Below, one piece after another: positions 8,282-15,763 of a DNA stretch of 64,000 nt. The notes under the pieces are model-generated. The model worked only from the letters and a program-made list of their open reading frames with translations, had not been told where the DNA came from and did no database searches. This DNA is from an uncultured Gammaproteobacteria bacterium (lineage in GTDB: Bacteria > Pseudomonadota > Gammaproteobacteria > Steroidobacterales > Steroidobacteraceae). The DNA lies in NCBI GenBank assembly GCA_963846305.1, contig CAWJVK010000002.1, positions 22,690-86,689 on the forward strand, given 5' to 3'. The position numbers were made by a program, and so were the translations under genes. The stretch's first letter is position 1; each line of letters starts with the position of its first letter.

Positions 8282-8956
8282 TCACGGGATCGTCTTCGAG
8301 GCCATCGCGGACGGTTCGCTCTCGACGCCGGTGTTGGTGTAGGAGGTGACGTTGAAATACCACGTGCCGCGCGTCAGTCCGCCTACCGTCGACTGCGTGA
8401 CATTTGGACGGCTCACCTGGATGAGCCTGTCCAACGAGTTCCTGTTGGTCCCGTAACGGACCTTGTAGCCGGCAAGGTTGGTGAGCGCGCTACCGTCGGC
8501 GTTACGTGTCGGCGCAACCCAGCGGACCGTCGCCGACCCAGTACTGCTTGCGGCGGCCCGCACATCGATCCTGAACGAGCGGAGATAGGTGGAGGCCTTG
8601 CCGTCGGAGGCTGCGATCCTGATGTTCTTGTAGGTGCCGATGTTCGCTGCGGTCGGCCTGCCGTACAGGCGGCCGGTCCTGTTGTCGAATCTCGCCCACG
8701 ACGGCTTGTTCGAGATGGCGAATGAAATTTTCTGGCCGTCCGCATCAGACGCCTTGGGACGGAATGAGTAAGCCTTGCCGACGACGACGGTCGCTGGAGG
8801 CGTACCCGTGATCGACGGTCTGCGGTTGGCGGTTGTCGCCGAACTGCCAAGGTTCACCGGGTTGCCAATATCTGCGGCGTCGCTTGCGGTGAACACGAGC
8901 AACAGGGTCGCCATCACGACGAATGGTCGAATCCTTGAGGGCTGGGGTATGTGCAT
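8282..8956 (-). CDS. secreted protein with an Ig-like (putative-Ig/cadherin-like) domain and a C-terminal FN3 domain
   Basis: 224-aa ORF with a signal-like N-terminus. ITGTPPATVVVGKAYSFRPKASDADGQKISFAISNKPSWARFDNRTGRLYGRP is typical of 'putative Ig' repeats. The FN3 tail ATVRWVAPT...GTWYFNVTSY is paralogous to the tail of 7516..8229. Confidence 0.7.
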   Translation of the reverse strand: MHIPQPSRIRPFVVMATLLLVFTASDAADIGNPVNLGSSATTANRRPSITGTPPATVVVGKAYSFRPKASDADGQKISFAISNKPSWARFDNRTGRLYGRPTAANIGTYKNIRIAASDGKASTYLRSFRIDVRAAASSTGSATVRWVAPTRNADGSALTNLAGYKVRYGTNRNSLDRLIQVSRPNVTQSTVGGLTRGTWYFNVTSYTNTGVESEPSAMASKTIP

Positions 8957-9432
8957 TTTTCAGTCCTGTCGAACTGGCAGCCCCGCTATCCATCGCACGT
9001 GAGTGCGCTTGGACCGGAGGCTTTGCGTCCCCGCATTTCGGCGGGTATGCAGTCTCGGAGACGAGCCAGAAAATGAAACGGCGGCCAGGTCCAGCCGCGG
9101 GTCACAGGCAACTGGCGAGCGCTTGCGCTCGGTTCAGTGCGGTGGCCGGGACCGGACCCAGGGTGCCTCGGGGGCCACTACCATGGGCGGGGGCGGATTA
9201 TGGGAAATGACGCGTCGCAACACAATATGTAGTGTGCAGAAATATTCGAATCTGGCGCGAGGAGGCGCCTTGTGCGTGGCGAGCGGCCCAGGGGGCGGCC
9301 CAGGGAGCGGCCCGGCCCGAGTGTGGCGGCGTTCCCGGTCCTTTTGGCGTTATTTGCCTTTATGTTCAGCAAGTTATGGCGCGGCGAGGACCACCCCGGA
9401 AAACCGGGATGTCCCCGCCCGCCCGCGGATCG

Positions 9433-9451
9433 AAAAAGGGGAATGTTCCCC
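9433..9451 (-). terminator. intrinsic terminator after PEP-CTERM gene 9457..10170
   Basis: The minus strand reads GGGGAACATTCCCC followed by TTTTT, 6 nt after the stop codon. Confidence 0.45.
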
Positions 9452-9456
9452 CGGGA

Positions 9457-10170
9457 TCAGGCCCTGGTCCGACGGCGCGCAAAACCCAGCCCGGCGAGGC
9501 CGAGCCCGAGCAGCGCCAGCGAGGCCGGTTCCGGCACCTCGGTCCTGTCGAAGGCTAGGTTGTCGAATTCGAACGCGTACTGGCTGGACGTCGCAACGAT
9601 GCGGTTGAAGGCCAGGTCGGACAGGATGTTGACGTACAGCGTGCCGTTCACGCCCTGGTCTCCGTTCGGGCTGCCGACCACGCTGCTGCCGGTGAGCGAG
9701 CCGACCAGCGTTGCGTCGTTGTAGAACGACAGCGTGTTGTAGTTGTCAACGGAGCCCCAGAGCAGGCCGAAGTACTGGTGGCCGGCGCCCGGCAGCAGGA
9801 TTTCGACAGACGCATTCGAGAACGCGCCGGTGGAACCGGTCGTTGCGTAGTGGGTCGTGTCCACGCCGTTCGCCTGGTTGGGGCTGCCAAAGCCTGTGCC
9901 GTTGCCGCCCGAGAGGAACGGCGCAGCGTACTGGCCGCTGACCGCGCCGGTCACGGTCTGGCCGTTGCCGTAGAAATTGACGTTGATTCCGCTCTGCGGC
10001 GATACGCCGCCGGTCGAGCCCAGGCTGAGCCAGTCGAGGTTGTCCTGCACCGAGCCAGCGGATGCACCGCCAACCGAGCCGCTGACAGTAAGCGTGGCGT
10101 GTGCGGGGAAGCTTGCCGCCAGCGTCGCCAGCACAGCGGTGGCCAAGGCCAGTCGAGTCTTGATGGTCAT
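9457..10170 (-). CDS. PEP-CTERM sorting-domain secreted protein
   Basis: 237 aa. Signal peptide MTIKTRLALATAVLATLAASFPAHA. C-terminus VPEPASLALLGLGLAGLGFARRRTRA. Confidence 0.9.
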   Translation of the reverse strand: MTIKTRLALATAVLATLAASFPAHATLTVSGSVGGASAGSVQDNLDWLSLGSTGGVSPQSGINVNFYGNGQTVTGAVSGQYAAPFLSGGNGTGFGSPNQANGVDTTHYATTGSTGAFSNASVEILLPGAGHQYFGLLWGSVDNYNTLSFYNDATLVGSLTGSSVVGSPNGDQGVNGTLYVNILSDLAFNRIVATSSQYAFEFDNLAFDRTEVPEPASLALLGLGLAGLGFARRRTRA

Positions 10171-10221
10171 GGTTTACCTTAATCTTTCGCAGCAATAGCG
10201 CGAGCTTGCGCACGGTAGTTA

Positions 10222-10238
10222 ATGCAGTTTGCGTGCCA
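10222..10238 (-). promoter_or_regulatory. sigma-54 (-24/-12) promoter of PEP-CTERM gene 9457..10170
   Basis: The minus strand reads TGGCACGCAAACTGCAT with canonical GG/GC spacing. About 50 nt upstream of the ATG. Same TGGCACG-N4-CTGCA form as at 5965..5980. Confidence 0.6.
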
Positions 10239-10244
10239 GCTGCG

Positions 10245-10257
10245 TAAGTGCTTGATT
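10245..10257 (-). promoter_or_regulatory. IHF-consensus site just upstream of the sigma-54 promoter
   Basis: The minus strand reads AATCAAGCACTTA, which fits WATCAANNNNTTR at every fixed position. Confidence 0.35.
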
Positions 10258-10312
10258 AGGTACCGTGCGCCGGAAACCCGCGCCGTCGATGGGCCGTGCC
10301 GCCGCCCGCCGA

Positions 10313-10330
10313 TGTAAGGGCGCGCGACAG
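10313..10330. promoter_or_regulatory. putative enhancer (UAS) motif TGTAAG-N6-CGACAG
   Basis: TGTAAGGGCGCGCGACAG preceded by GCCGA. Counterpart of 6066..6083. Centre lies about 85 bp upstream of the -24 element. Confidence 0.4.
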
Positions 10331-10361
10331 TCGACTGGTTCACACTTTCTAAGAAGCCCGG

Positions 10362-10414
10362 TAAATCGGTGCCTGGCACCGAATTAATAAATAGGTGCCT
10401 GGCACCTATTTATT
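10362..10414. repeat. REP locus B: doublet (variant-arm unit + canonical unit)
   Basis: TAAATCGGTGCCTGGCACCGAATTA followed by AATAAATAGGTGCCTGGCACCTATTTATT. The canonical unit contains the TAA stop of the regulator gene (10410-10412). Confidence 0.9.
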
Positions 10415-11669
10415 TGAATTCTTCGGGTTCGACGCCGTGGCGCGACAGTAGCTTGTAGAAGTCCGTGCGGTTGCGCTTGGCGAGCCGTGCTGCCTGGCTG
10501 ACGTTGCCCTGCGTGACCTGCAGCAGCTGCACCAGGTAGCTACGCGTGAACTCGTCACGCGCTTCGTCGAAGCTCGGCAGCTGTGTCAACTGGCCCTGTG
10601 CCTCCTGCACCTGGTCGGCGGTAATCACCGCGCCTGCGCCGGTCGCGGCAGCCTGGCGCACGACCATGCGCAACTGCCGCACATTGCCCGGCCAGCGCGC
10701 GGAGGCCAGCAGTTCCATCGCCTCCGGCGAGCAGCTGCGCTTCGCCTGCGATGCTTCGGCGGCCACGTCGTCCAGGCACTGCTGGACCAGCAGCGGGATG
10801 TCCTCGCGCCGCTTGCTGAGCGGCGGCAGCTCGATGTGCACCGCACCGAGCTGGTCGATGAGATCCCGTGAATCCCGATCGTCGCCGGCCAGGTCGTCGG
10901 GCCCGCGGTCACTGCTGGCAACGACGCGCGCCTGCCGGCGGTCGAGCAGTCGCGCGAGGCATGGCCGCAGCGCCGTCGGCAGTTCGTCAACGTCGATCAG
11001 GAACAGCGTGCCTGCGCCTGCACTGGAAACCGCCGCGGTGATCTCTGCCTCGCCGGTTGCAGGGTCCAGCTGCCCGCAGTCGAGCGACACGAACGCCGCT
11101 TCGTTGCGGGCACTCGCCCGGTGGATGGCCTTGGCGAGCAGTTCCTTGCCGGTGCCCGGCTCGCCGGTGACCAGCACCGCTGCGTCGGTGCCCGCGACCA
11201 TGTGCGCCTTCGCGAGGCGCTCTTCCATCAGCGGGCTGCGGGTCGCGAATTCGGCGCGCCAGTCATCGCCACCGCTGTCGGAAAAGCCCGAGGTCTTCAG
11301 CGCACGCCGGACCTCTTCGAGCAGCTGGTCCTTGTCGACCGGCTTGGTGAGAAATGCAAACGCACCCGACTGAGTGGCCTTCACCGCGTCCGGGATCGTG
11401 CCGTGCGCGGTCAGCATGATGACGTTCAGGCTCGGCCAGCGACGCTGCAGCTCGCGCAGCAGTGCGATGCCGTCCATCTCGGCCATGCGCAGGTCGGTCA
11501 CGACGAGGTCGGGCCGGAAGCGCGACACGGCGGCCAGCGCTTTCGCCGGACCGTCCACGGGCTCGACCACGTAGTTCTGCGAGCGCAGCCGGATGGTGAG
11601 CAGGCGCAGCAGTCCCGGGTCGTCGTCGACGACGAGGATGTGCGGCGCGCGGCGGGCAGGGCGGGACAT
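10410..11669 (-). CDS. GlrR/QseF-like NtrC-family response regulator with a degenerate AAA+ core (no GAFTGA)
   Basis: ORF 10410..12152 trimmed to ATG 11669 (MSRPARRAPHILVVDDDPGLLRLL...). Receiver domain, Walker A GEPGTGKE, and a Fis-type HTH tail GNVSQAARLAKRNRTDFYKLLSRHGVEPEEFK that is very close to my recollection of E. coli GlrR. The ELFGH..GAFTGA segment is absent. Confidence 0.8.
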   Translation of the reverse strand: MSRPARRAPHILVVDDDPGLLRLLTIRLRSQNYVVEPVDGPAKALAAVSRFRPDLVVTDLRMAEMDGIALLRELQRRWPSLNVIMLTAHGTIPDAVKATQSGAFAFLTKPVDKDQLLEEVRRALKTSGFSDSGGDDWRAEFATRSPLMEERLAKAHMVAGTDAAVLVTGEPGTGKELLAKAIHRASARNEAAFVSLDCGQLDPATGEAEITAAVSSAGAGTLFLIDVDELPTALRPCLARLLDRRQARVVASSDRGPDDLAGDDRDSRDLIDQLGAVHIELPPLSKRREDIPLLVQQCLDDVAAEASQAKRSCSPEAMELLASARWPGNVRQLRMVVRQAAATGAGAVITADQVQEAQGQLTQLPSFDEARDEFTRSYLVQLLQVTQGNVSQAARLAKRNRTDFYKLLSRHGVEPEEFK

Positions 11670-11855
11670 GGATGGTGGGGCGAGAAGAAATGGGGCGATC
11701 GGGGTGGAAATTGTGAATGAAGCCGGGGTGGCAATGTGGAGAATGCGTTTCGCGTGTCGATCCCAGCATCGATCGACGCCGTATCGCAATGTCGCGTTGA
11801 TCCACGGAGGTGTATGATAATGCCAACCTATACACATCGTTCCGGAGCCGATCCC

Positions 11856-12047
11856 ATGCGCACCAACATCGTCATCGACGACCGATTGATCGCCGAGGCC
11901 ATGCGGCTTTCGGGGGCCGCTACCAAGAGGCAGGTCGTCGAGGACAGCCTGCGGCTGATGGTCAAGCTGAAGCGCCAGGAGCAGGTGCGGGAGTCGCGCG
12001 GCAAGCTGCGTTGGACGGGTGACCTGGACGCGATGAGGCGCGACTGA
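11856..12047 (+). CDS. vapB: type II antitoxin, VapB-like
   Basis: 63 aa, MRTNIVIDDRLIAEAMRLSGAATKRQVVEDSLRLMV... GGAG lies 7 nt upstream of the ATG. Immediately followed by a PIN toxin gene. Confidence 0.8.
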   Translation: MRTNIVIDDRLIAEAMRLSGAATKRQVVEDSLRLMVKLKRQEQVRESRGKLRWTGDLDAMRRD

Positions 12048-12059
12048 CGCGGCGCGACC

Positions 12060-12455
12060 GTGATCGTCGTTGATACCTCGGTCTGGATCGATCACTTCAA
12101 CGGTGAGGACACGCCGCAGGTGTCGCGACTTGCCGCGCTGCTGGGCCAGCAAATGCTAGCCGTCGGCGACCTGGTGCTGGCCGAACTCCTGCAGGGCTTC
12201 TCGACCGAGGCGGACGCCAGGGCCGCGCTGGCCTACCTCGCGCGTTTCGACCTGGTGGCAATGGCGGGGCCGGAGATTGCGATCGAATCCGCTGCCAACT
12301 TCCGTCGCTTGCGACGCCGCGGAGTGACCATCCGCAAGACCATGGACATGCTCATCGGCACGTACTGCCTGGTGAACAATCACGAACTGCTGCACGATGA
12401 CCGCGATTTCGACCTGCTCGCGGAACACCTCGGACTCAGGGCGCTGCGCGCCTAG
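12060..12455 (+). CDS. vapC: type II toxin, VapC (PIN-domain ribonuclease)
   Basis: GTG start. MIVVDTSVWIDHF..., with acidic PIN residues (D5, E in LAELLQG, D in DDRDFD). Confidence 0.85.
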   Translation: MIVVDTSVWIDHFNGEDTPQVSRLAALLGQQMLAVGDLVLAELLQGFSTEADARAALAYLARFDLVAMAGPEIAIESAANFRRLRRRGVTIRKTMDMLIGTYCLVNNHELLHDDRDFDLLAEHLGLRALRA

Positions 12456-12468
12456 CAGCGGGCGGGAT

Positions 12469-13125
12469 TCACGGCCGCGGCGGCGCCGCGTCGGGCACTG
12501 GCTCCGGCGCCTGGTCCTGCTCTTGTTCCTGCAGCGATCGCTCCATCTCGGCGACTGCCTCGAGCTTGCGGTTGGCTTCCGCGAGCTGCTTCTTCAGTCG
12601 CGCGTTGTCGGTCGCCAGTGCGTCGGCCCGCTTCAACGCGCCGCTGTCACTGGCCTTGAGTTTCTGCTCGGAATCCTCGCGTTGCCGCGCGAGTTCGGCG
12701 TAGAGCGCGACGCGCGCGTCGAACTCACGCAGGAAAGAGTTGGCGAGTTCGAGCTCCTGCGCACCGAGGTCGTTCGGCTCGGCCAGCAGGGTTGCCAGCA
12801 GTCGCTTCGCCTCGACCGGATTGCTGTCCTTGTGGCCGGCCGCGCCCAGCGCGAGCGCGTAACGAAGCTTGTTGGCCGCTGTCGGCGCCTGCCTTGCGGC
12901 AGCGAGCGCGGCGGCGAGCTCGGACTGCTGCCGGGCCGGGTCGCCGGGGGCCATGTCGGCGAGCGTTTCGAGGTATGGCGCCAGGCTCTCCGGGGCCGGG
13001 GCCAGCGCGGCAGGGGGCGGTTGCGGAGGCGGGGTCGCGGACCGTGGCCCCAGCCCGGCGCAGGCGCCCAGCAGTGCGAACGACGTCATCAGTGAGAGTG
13101 CGGTGGCTGCGCGTTGGGCTGTCAT
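12469..13125 (-). CDS. QseG/YfhG-like coiled-coil lipoprotein (middle gene of the three-component system)
   Basis: ORF 12469..14091 trimmed to ATG 13125 (MTAQRAATALSLMTSFALLGAC lipobox). Pro-rich linker, then a heptad-like acidic/Lys-rich C-terminus. The start overlaps the kinase stop (ATGA at 13122-13125). Confidence 0.6.
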   Translation of the reverse strand: MTAQRAATALSLMTSFALLGACAGLGPRSATPPPQPPPAALAPAPESLAPYLETLADMAPGDPARQQSELAAALAAARQAPTAANKLRYALALGAAGHKDSNPVEAKRLLATLLAEPNDLGAQELELANSFLREFDARVALYAELARQREDSEQKLKASDSGALKRADALATDNARLKKQLAEANRKLEAVAEMERSLQEQEQDQAPEPVPDAAPPRP

Positions 13126-14705
13126 GGCGTGGCGGCTTGTTGCTGGGGGGGGCTGTTCGATTGGCTGGCGGGGGCGGTGAATGGTAGTGGCCCGGCCGAC
13201 TGCCCGGCCACCTGCAGTTGCACGCGGAAGTGCGCGCCGGGGAAGTCGCCGTCCACCATCTCGATCGTGCCGCCGTGGGCCTGCACGAATTCCTGGACGA
13301 CCGAGAGCCCGATGCCGGTGCCGCGCACCAGCCCGCCTTGCGGCGTCCGGCCCTGGTAGAAGGCTTCGAAAACGCGCGACCTTTCGTCGGCTGGGATGCC
13401 GGGCCCGGTGTCGGCGACGTCGATCGCGAGCCTCCCGCCGTCGAGTTGCGCGCGTACGGTGATGGTGCCGCCGTCGGGCGTGAACTTGACCGCGTTCGAC
13501 ACCAGGTTGTCCAGCACCAGTCGCAGCTTGGCACGGTCGGCCTTGATCTCGACGTCGTCGATCGCCAGGTCGAGCCCGAGCCGCCGCGCGCCCAACTGCA
13601 GGCGGTAGGGCTCGATTGCCGAGTCGACGAACGGCGCGAGCCTGAACGCACTCACGTCGAGACCGCCGCGCCTGGCCTGCCATTCGCTGTAGGAGAGCAG
13701 GTTCTCGATCAGGCGCTGCAGGCGCAGGCTGTTGTCGCGCAGGATGTCGGCGACCTCTCGCTGCCCGTCGTTCAGGTCGCCGACCGCGCCCTCGAGCATC
13801 AGCTCCGACCCTTCGCGGATGTTGGCGAGCGGCGTCTTCAGTTCGTGCGACATGTGGCGCAGGAAGCGATTGCGCTCCTCGGAGATTTCGCCGAGCCTCA
13901 GGCGCAGCCACTCGAGCTGGCGGGCGAGCGCCCGCAGGTCGGTCGGGCCCTGCTCGGTGACCGGCACGTCGAGGCGACCCTGGCCGATGCGCCCGATCGC
14001 CTCGTCGATGCGGCGGATCGGCCGCGCCAGGAACAGCGTGAACAGCAGCATCAGCCCGATCGTGACCGGGATCAGCGCCGCGCTCTGCCATAGGATGCGT
14101 CGCCGCGCGCCTTCGGTCTCGGCGCGCAGTGCCTTCAGCTCGCGATCGGTCTGGCGTCCGGCGAGTCGCGACAGCTCACCGGCGGCGCGCGAGAGCTGCG
14201 TGAACTGCCGCAGCGCCTCGTTGACGTCCGCCGCCTGCTGTGCCTCGAGGCCCTGCTCGATCGTCGTGAGCATGGTCCGCATGTGGCTGGTCACGCTGGC
14301 GCGGTCCGGGTCGCCGGGCAATTCCTCGAGTCCGCCGAGCGTCGTGTCGAGCAGCACGCGGTTTTCCTTGAAGATCGCCAGCAGCCCAGGCCGGCGCAGG
14401 ATCTGGTAGAGGCGGGCGGTGCGTTCCAGTGACGCAACCTGCCGCACGATCGACTGCGTGTATTGAGTGGCCGCGACGCCGTTGGCCACCAGTCGTTCGC
14501 TGGACTGGGCGAGGTCGCGCATCTCGACCGCTGCGCCCAGCGTGCCGAGCAGCAGCGGCAGCGCCACCGCTGCGAAGCCGAGCAGGATCAGTCCGCTCAG
14601 CGAGCGTGGGCGCCAGGAGGGAAAACCGATGGGGCGGCTGCGATTCACGCGCGCATTGTGACGCGTTCGGCGCGTATATTCCTCCGGTGCCTTCGCAAGC
14701 GTCAC
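13122..14705 (-). CDS. GlrK/QseE-like HAMP sensor histidine kinase
   Basis: Two TM segments, HAMP, H-box RNRFLRHMSHELKTPLANIREGSELM, HATPase (DTGPGIP, GTGIGLSVV). Collinear with my recollection of E. coli GlrK. The start may instead be GTG at 14648. Confidence 0.8.
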   Translation of the reverse strand: MTLAKAPEEYTRRTRHNARVNRSRPIGFPSWRPRSLSGLILLGFAAVALPLLLGTLGAAVEMRDLAQSSERLVANGVAATQYTQSIVRQVASLERTARLYQILRRPGLLAIFKENRVLLDTTLGGLEELPGDPDRASVTSHMRTMLTTIEQGLEAQQAADVNEALRQFTQLSRAAGELSRLAGRQTDRELKALRAETEGARRRILWQSAALIPVTIGLMLLFTLFLARPIRRIDEAIGRIGQGRLDVPVTEQGPTDLRALARQLEWLRLRLGEISEERNRFLRHMSHELKTPLANIREGSELMLEGAVGDLNDGQREVADILRDNSLRLQRLIENLLSYSEWQARRGGLDVSAFRLAPFVDSAIEPYRLQLGARRLGLDLAIDDVEIKADRAKLRLVLDNLVSNAVKFTPDGGTITVRAQLDGGRLAIDVADTGPGIPADERSRVFEAFYQGRTPQGGLVRGTGIGLSVVQEFVQAHGGTIEMVDGDFPGAHFRVQLQVAGQSAGPLPFTAPASQSNSPPQQQAATP

Positions 14706-15667
14706 GCGCCACCCCGCACCCGTATTCCACGTTGACGCCGGACGTCGTGATCGACGCCGTCGAGGCGATCGGCCACCGCTGCGACGGCCGCGTGCTGGCG
14801 TTGAACAGCTACGAGAATCGCGTGTACCAGGTCGGGCGCGAGGATGACGCGCCGGTGGTCGTCAAGTTCTACCGGCCCGGGCGCTGGACCACGCCCGCGA
14901 TCCTCGAGGAGCACGCGTTCGCGCTCGAGCTCGCGGCGGCCGAGGTGCCGGTGATCGCGCCGCAGGTCCGCGAGGGTGAGTCGCTGCACGAGTCGCACGG
15001 GTTCCGCTATGCCGTCTATCCGCGGCAGGGCGGGCACTGGCCGGAACTCGGGACGCGCGACGAGCGGCAGTGGATGGGCCGCTTCCTCGCGCGCATCCAC
15101 GCCATCGGTCGTACGCGGCAGTTCCGTCACCGCGCGGAACTCGACTGGCGGGTGCTGGGCGGTGAGACCATGGGTTACCTGCTCGAGGAAGGCTGGATCC
15201 CTGCGCACATCGAGCTTGCCTACGAGACGGTGGCGCGCGACGCGCTGATGCTCGTCGAGCAGCGCTTCGACGAGGCCTCGCCCTACCACACGCTGCGGCT
15301 GCACGGGGACTGCCACCCCGGCAACGTGCTGTGGACCGACGCCGGGCCGCACTTCGTCGACCTCGACGACTGCATGACCGGGCCGGCGGTGCAGGACCTG
15401 TGGATGCTGCTGTCGGGCCGCCCCGAGGAGATCCAGTCCCAGCTCGACGACCTGCTGGAGGGTTACGCGCAATTCGCCGACTTCGACTGTCACGAGACGC
15501 GACTGATCGAGCCGCTGCGGACGCTCCGGATCATGCACTACGCGGGCTGGCTCGCCCGGCGCTGGGAAGACCCGGCGTTTCCGCGGGCCTTCCCGTGGTT
15601 CGAGGAGCCCAAGTACTGGGAGCAGCACGTCCTGGACCTGCGCGAGCAGATCTCCGCGATGGAATAA
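14687..15667 (+). CDS. srkA: stress-response Ser/Thr kinase SrkA (YihE/RdoA family)
   Basis: LTPDVVIDAVEAIGHRCDGRVLALNSYENRVYQVGREDDAPVVVKFYRPGRWT and LHGDCHPGNVLW...FVDLDD. No ATG at an appropriate position, so GTG 14687 was chosen (about 326 aa, matching the family length). Confidence 0.8.
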   Translation: MPSQASRATPHPYSTLTPDVVIDAVEAIGHRCDGRVLALNSYENRVYQVGREDDAPVVVKFYRPGRWTTPAILEEHAFALELAAAEVPVIAPQVREGESLHESHGFRYAVYPRQGGHWPELGTRDERQWMGRFLARIHAIGRTRQFRHRAELDWRVLGGETMGYLLEEGWIPAHIELAYETVARDALMLVEQRFDEASPYHTLRLHGDCHPGNVLWTDAGPHFVDLDDCMTGPAVQDLWMLLSGRPEEIQSQLDDLLEGYAQFADFDCHETRLIEPLRTLRIMHYAGWLARRWEDPAFPRAFPWFEEPKYWEQHVLDLREQISAME

Positions 15668-15717
15668 ATAGGTGCCAGGCACCGATTTAATTAATCGGTG
15701 CCTGGCACCTATTTATT
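15663..15717. repeat. REP locus C: inverted doublet (REPIN-like 55-bp composite palindrome)
   Basis: AATAAATAGGTGCCAGGCACCGATTTAA | TTAATCGGTGCCTGGCACCTATTTATT. The halves are reverse complements apart from a 1-nt indel. Contains the TAA stop of srkA. Confidence 0.9.
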
Positions 15718-15763
15718 GCGCCCATTCACGGAATTGTTTCCTGTTTCGCTTAGCATTGGCGTG

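Noticed and set aside
9283-9318. A 12-bp tandem repeat, GCGGCCCAGGGG/GCGGCCCAGGGA/GCGGCCCGGCCC, in the 500-bp spacer 8957..9456. The spacer was also checked for a small gene or RNA.
   Set aside because: There are under three imperfect units and no spacers, so it is not CRISPR-like. ORFs in the spacer have non-protein-like composition. I could not support any RNA family by eye.
10410-12152. N-terminally extended giant ORFs (10410..12152, 22935..27302, 47417..51013, 2741..5083, 50777..52186) treated as fusion proteins.
   Set aside because: The extensions overlap other well-supported genes or lack coding character. Internal starts reproduce family-typical N-termini and, where visible, Shine-Dalgarno sequences.
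15699-15717. The REP right half CTGGCACCTATTTATTGC as a sigma-54 promoter (TGGCAC...TTGC) for galE and other downstream genes.
   Set aside because: The GG-to-GC spacing is 2 nt longer than the invariant -24/-12 spacing. In half of the copies the loop base makes it AGGCAC. The resemblance is probably coincidental.
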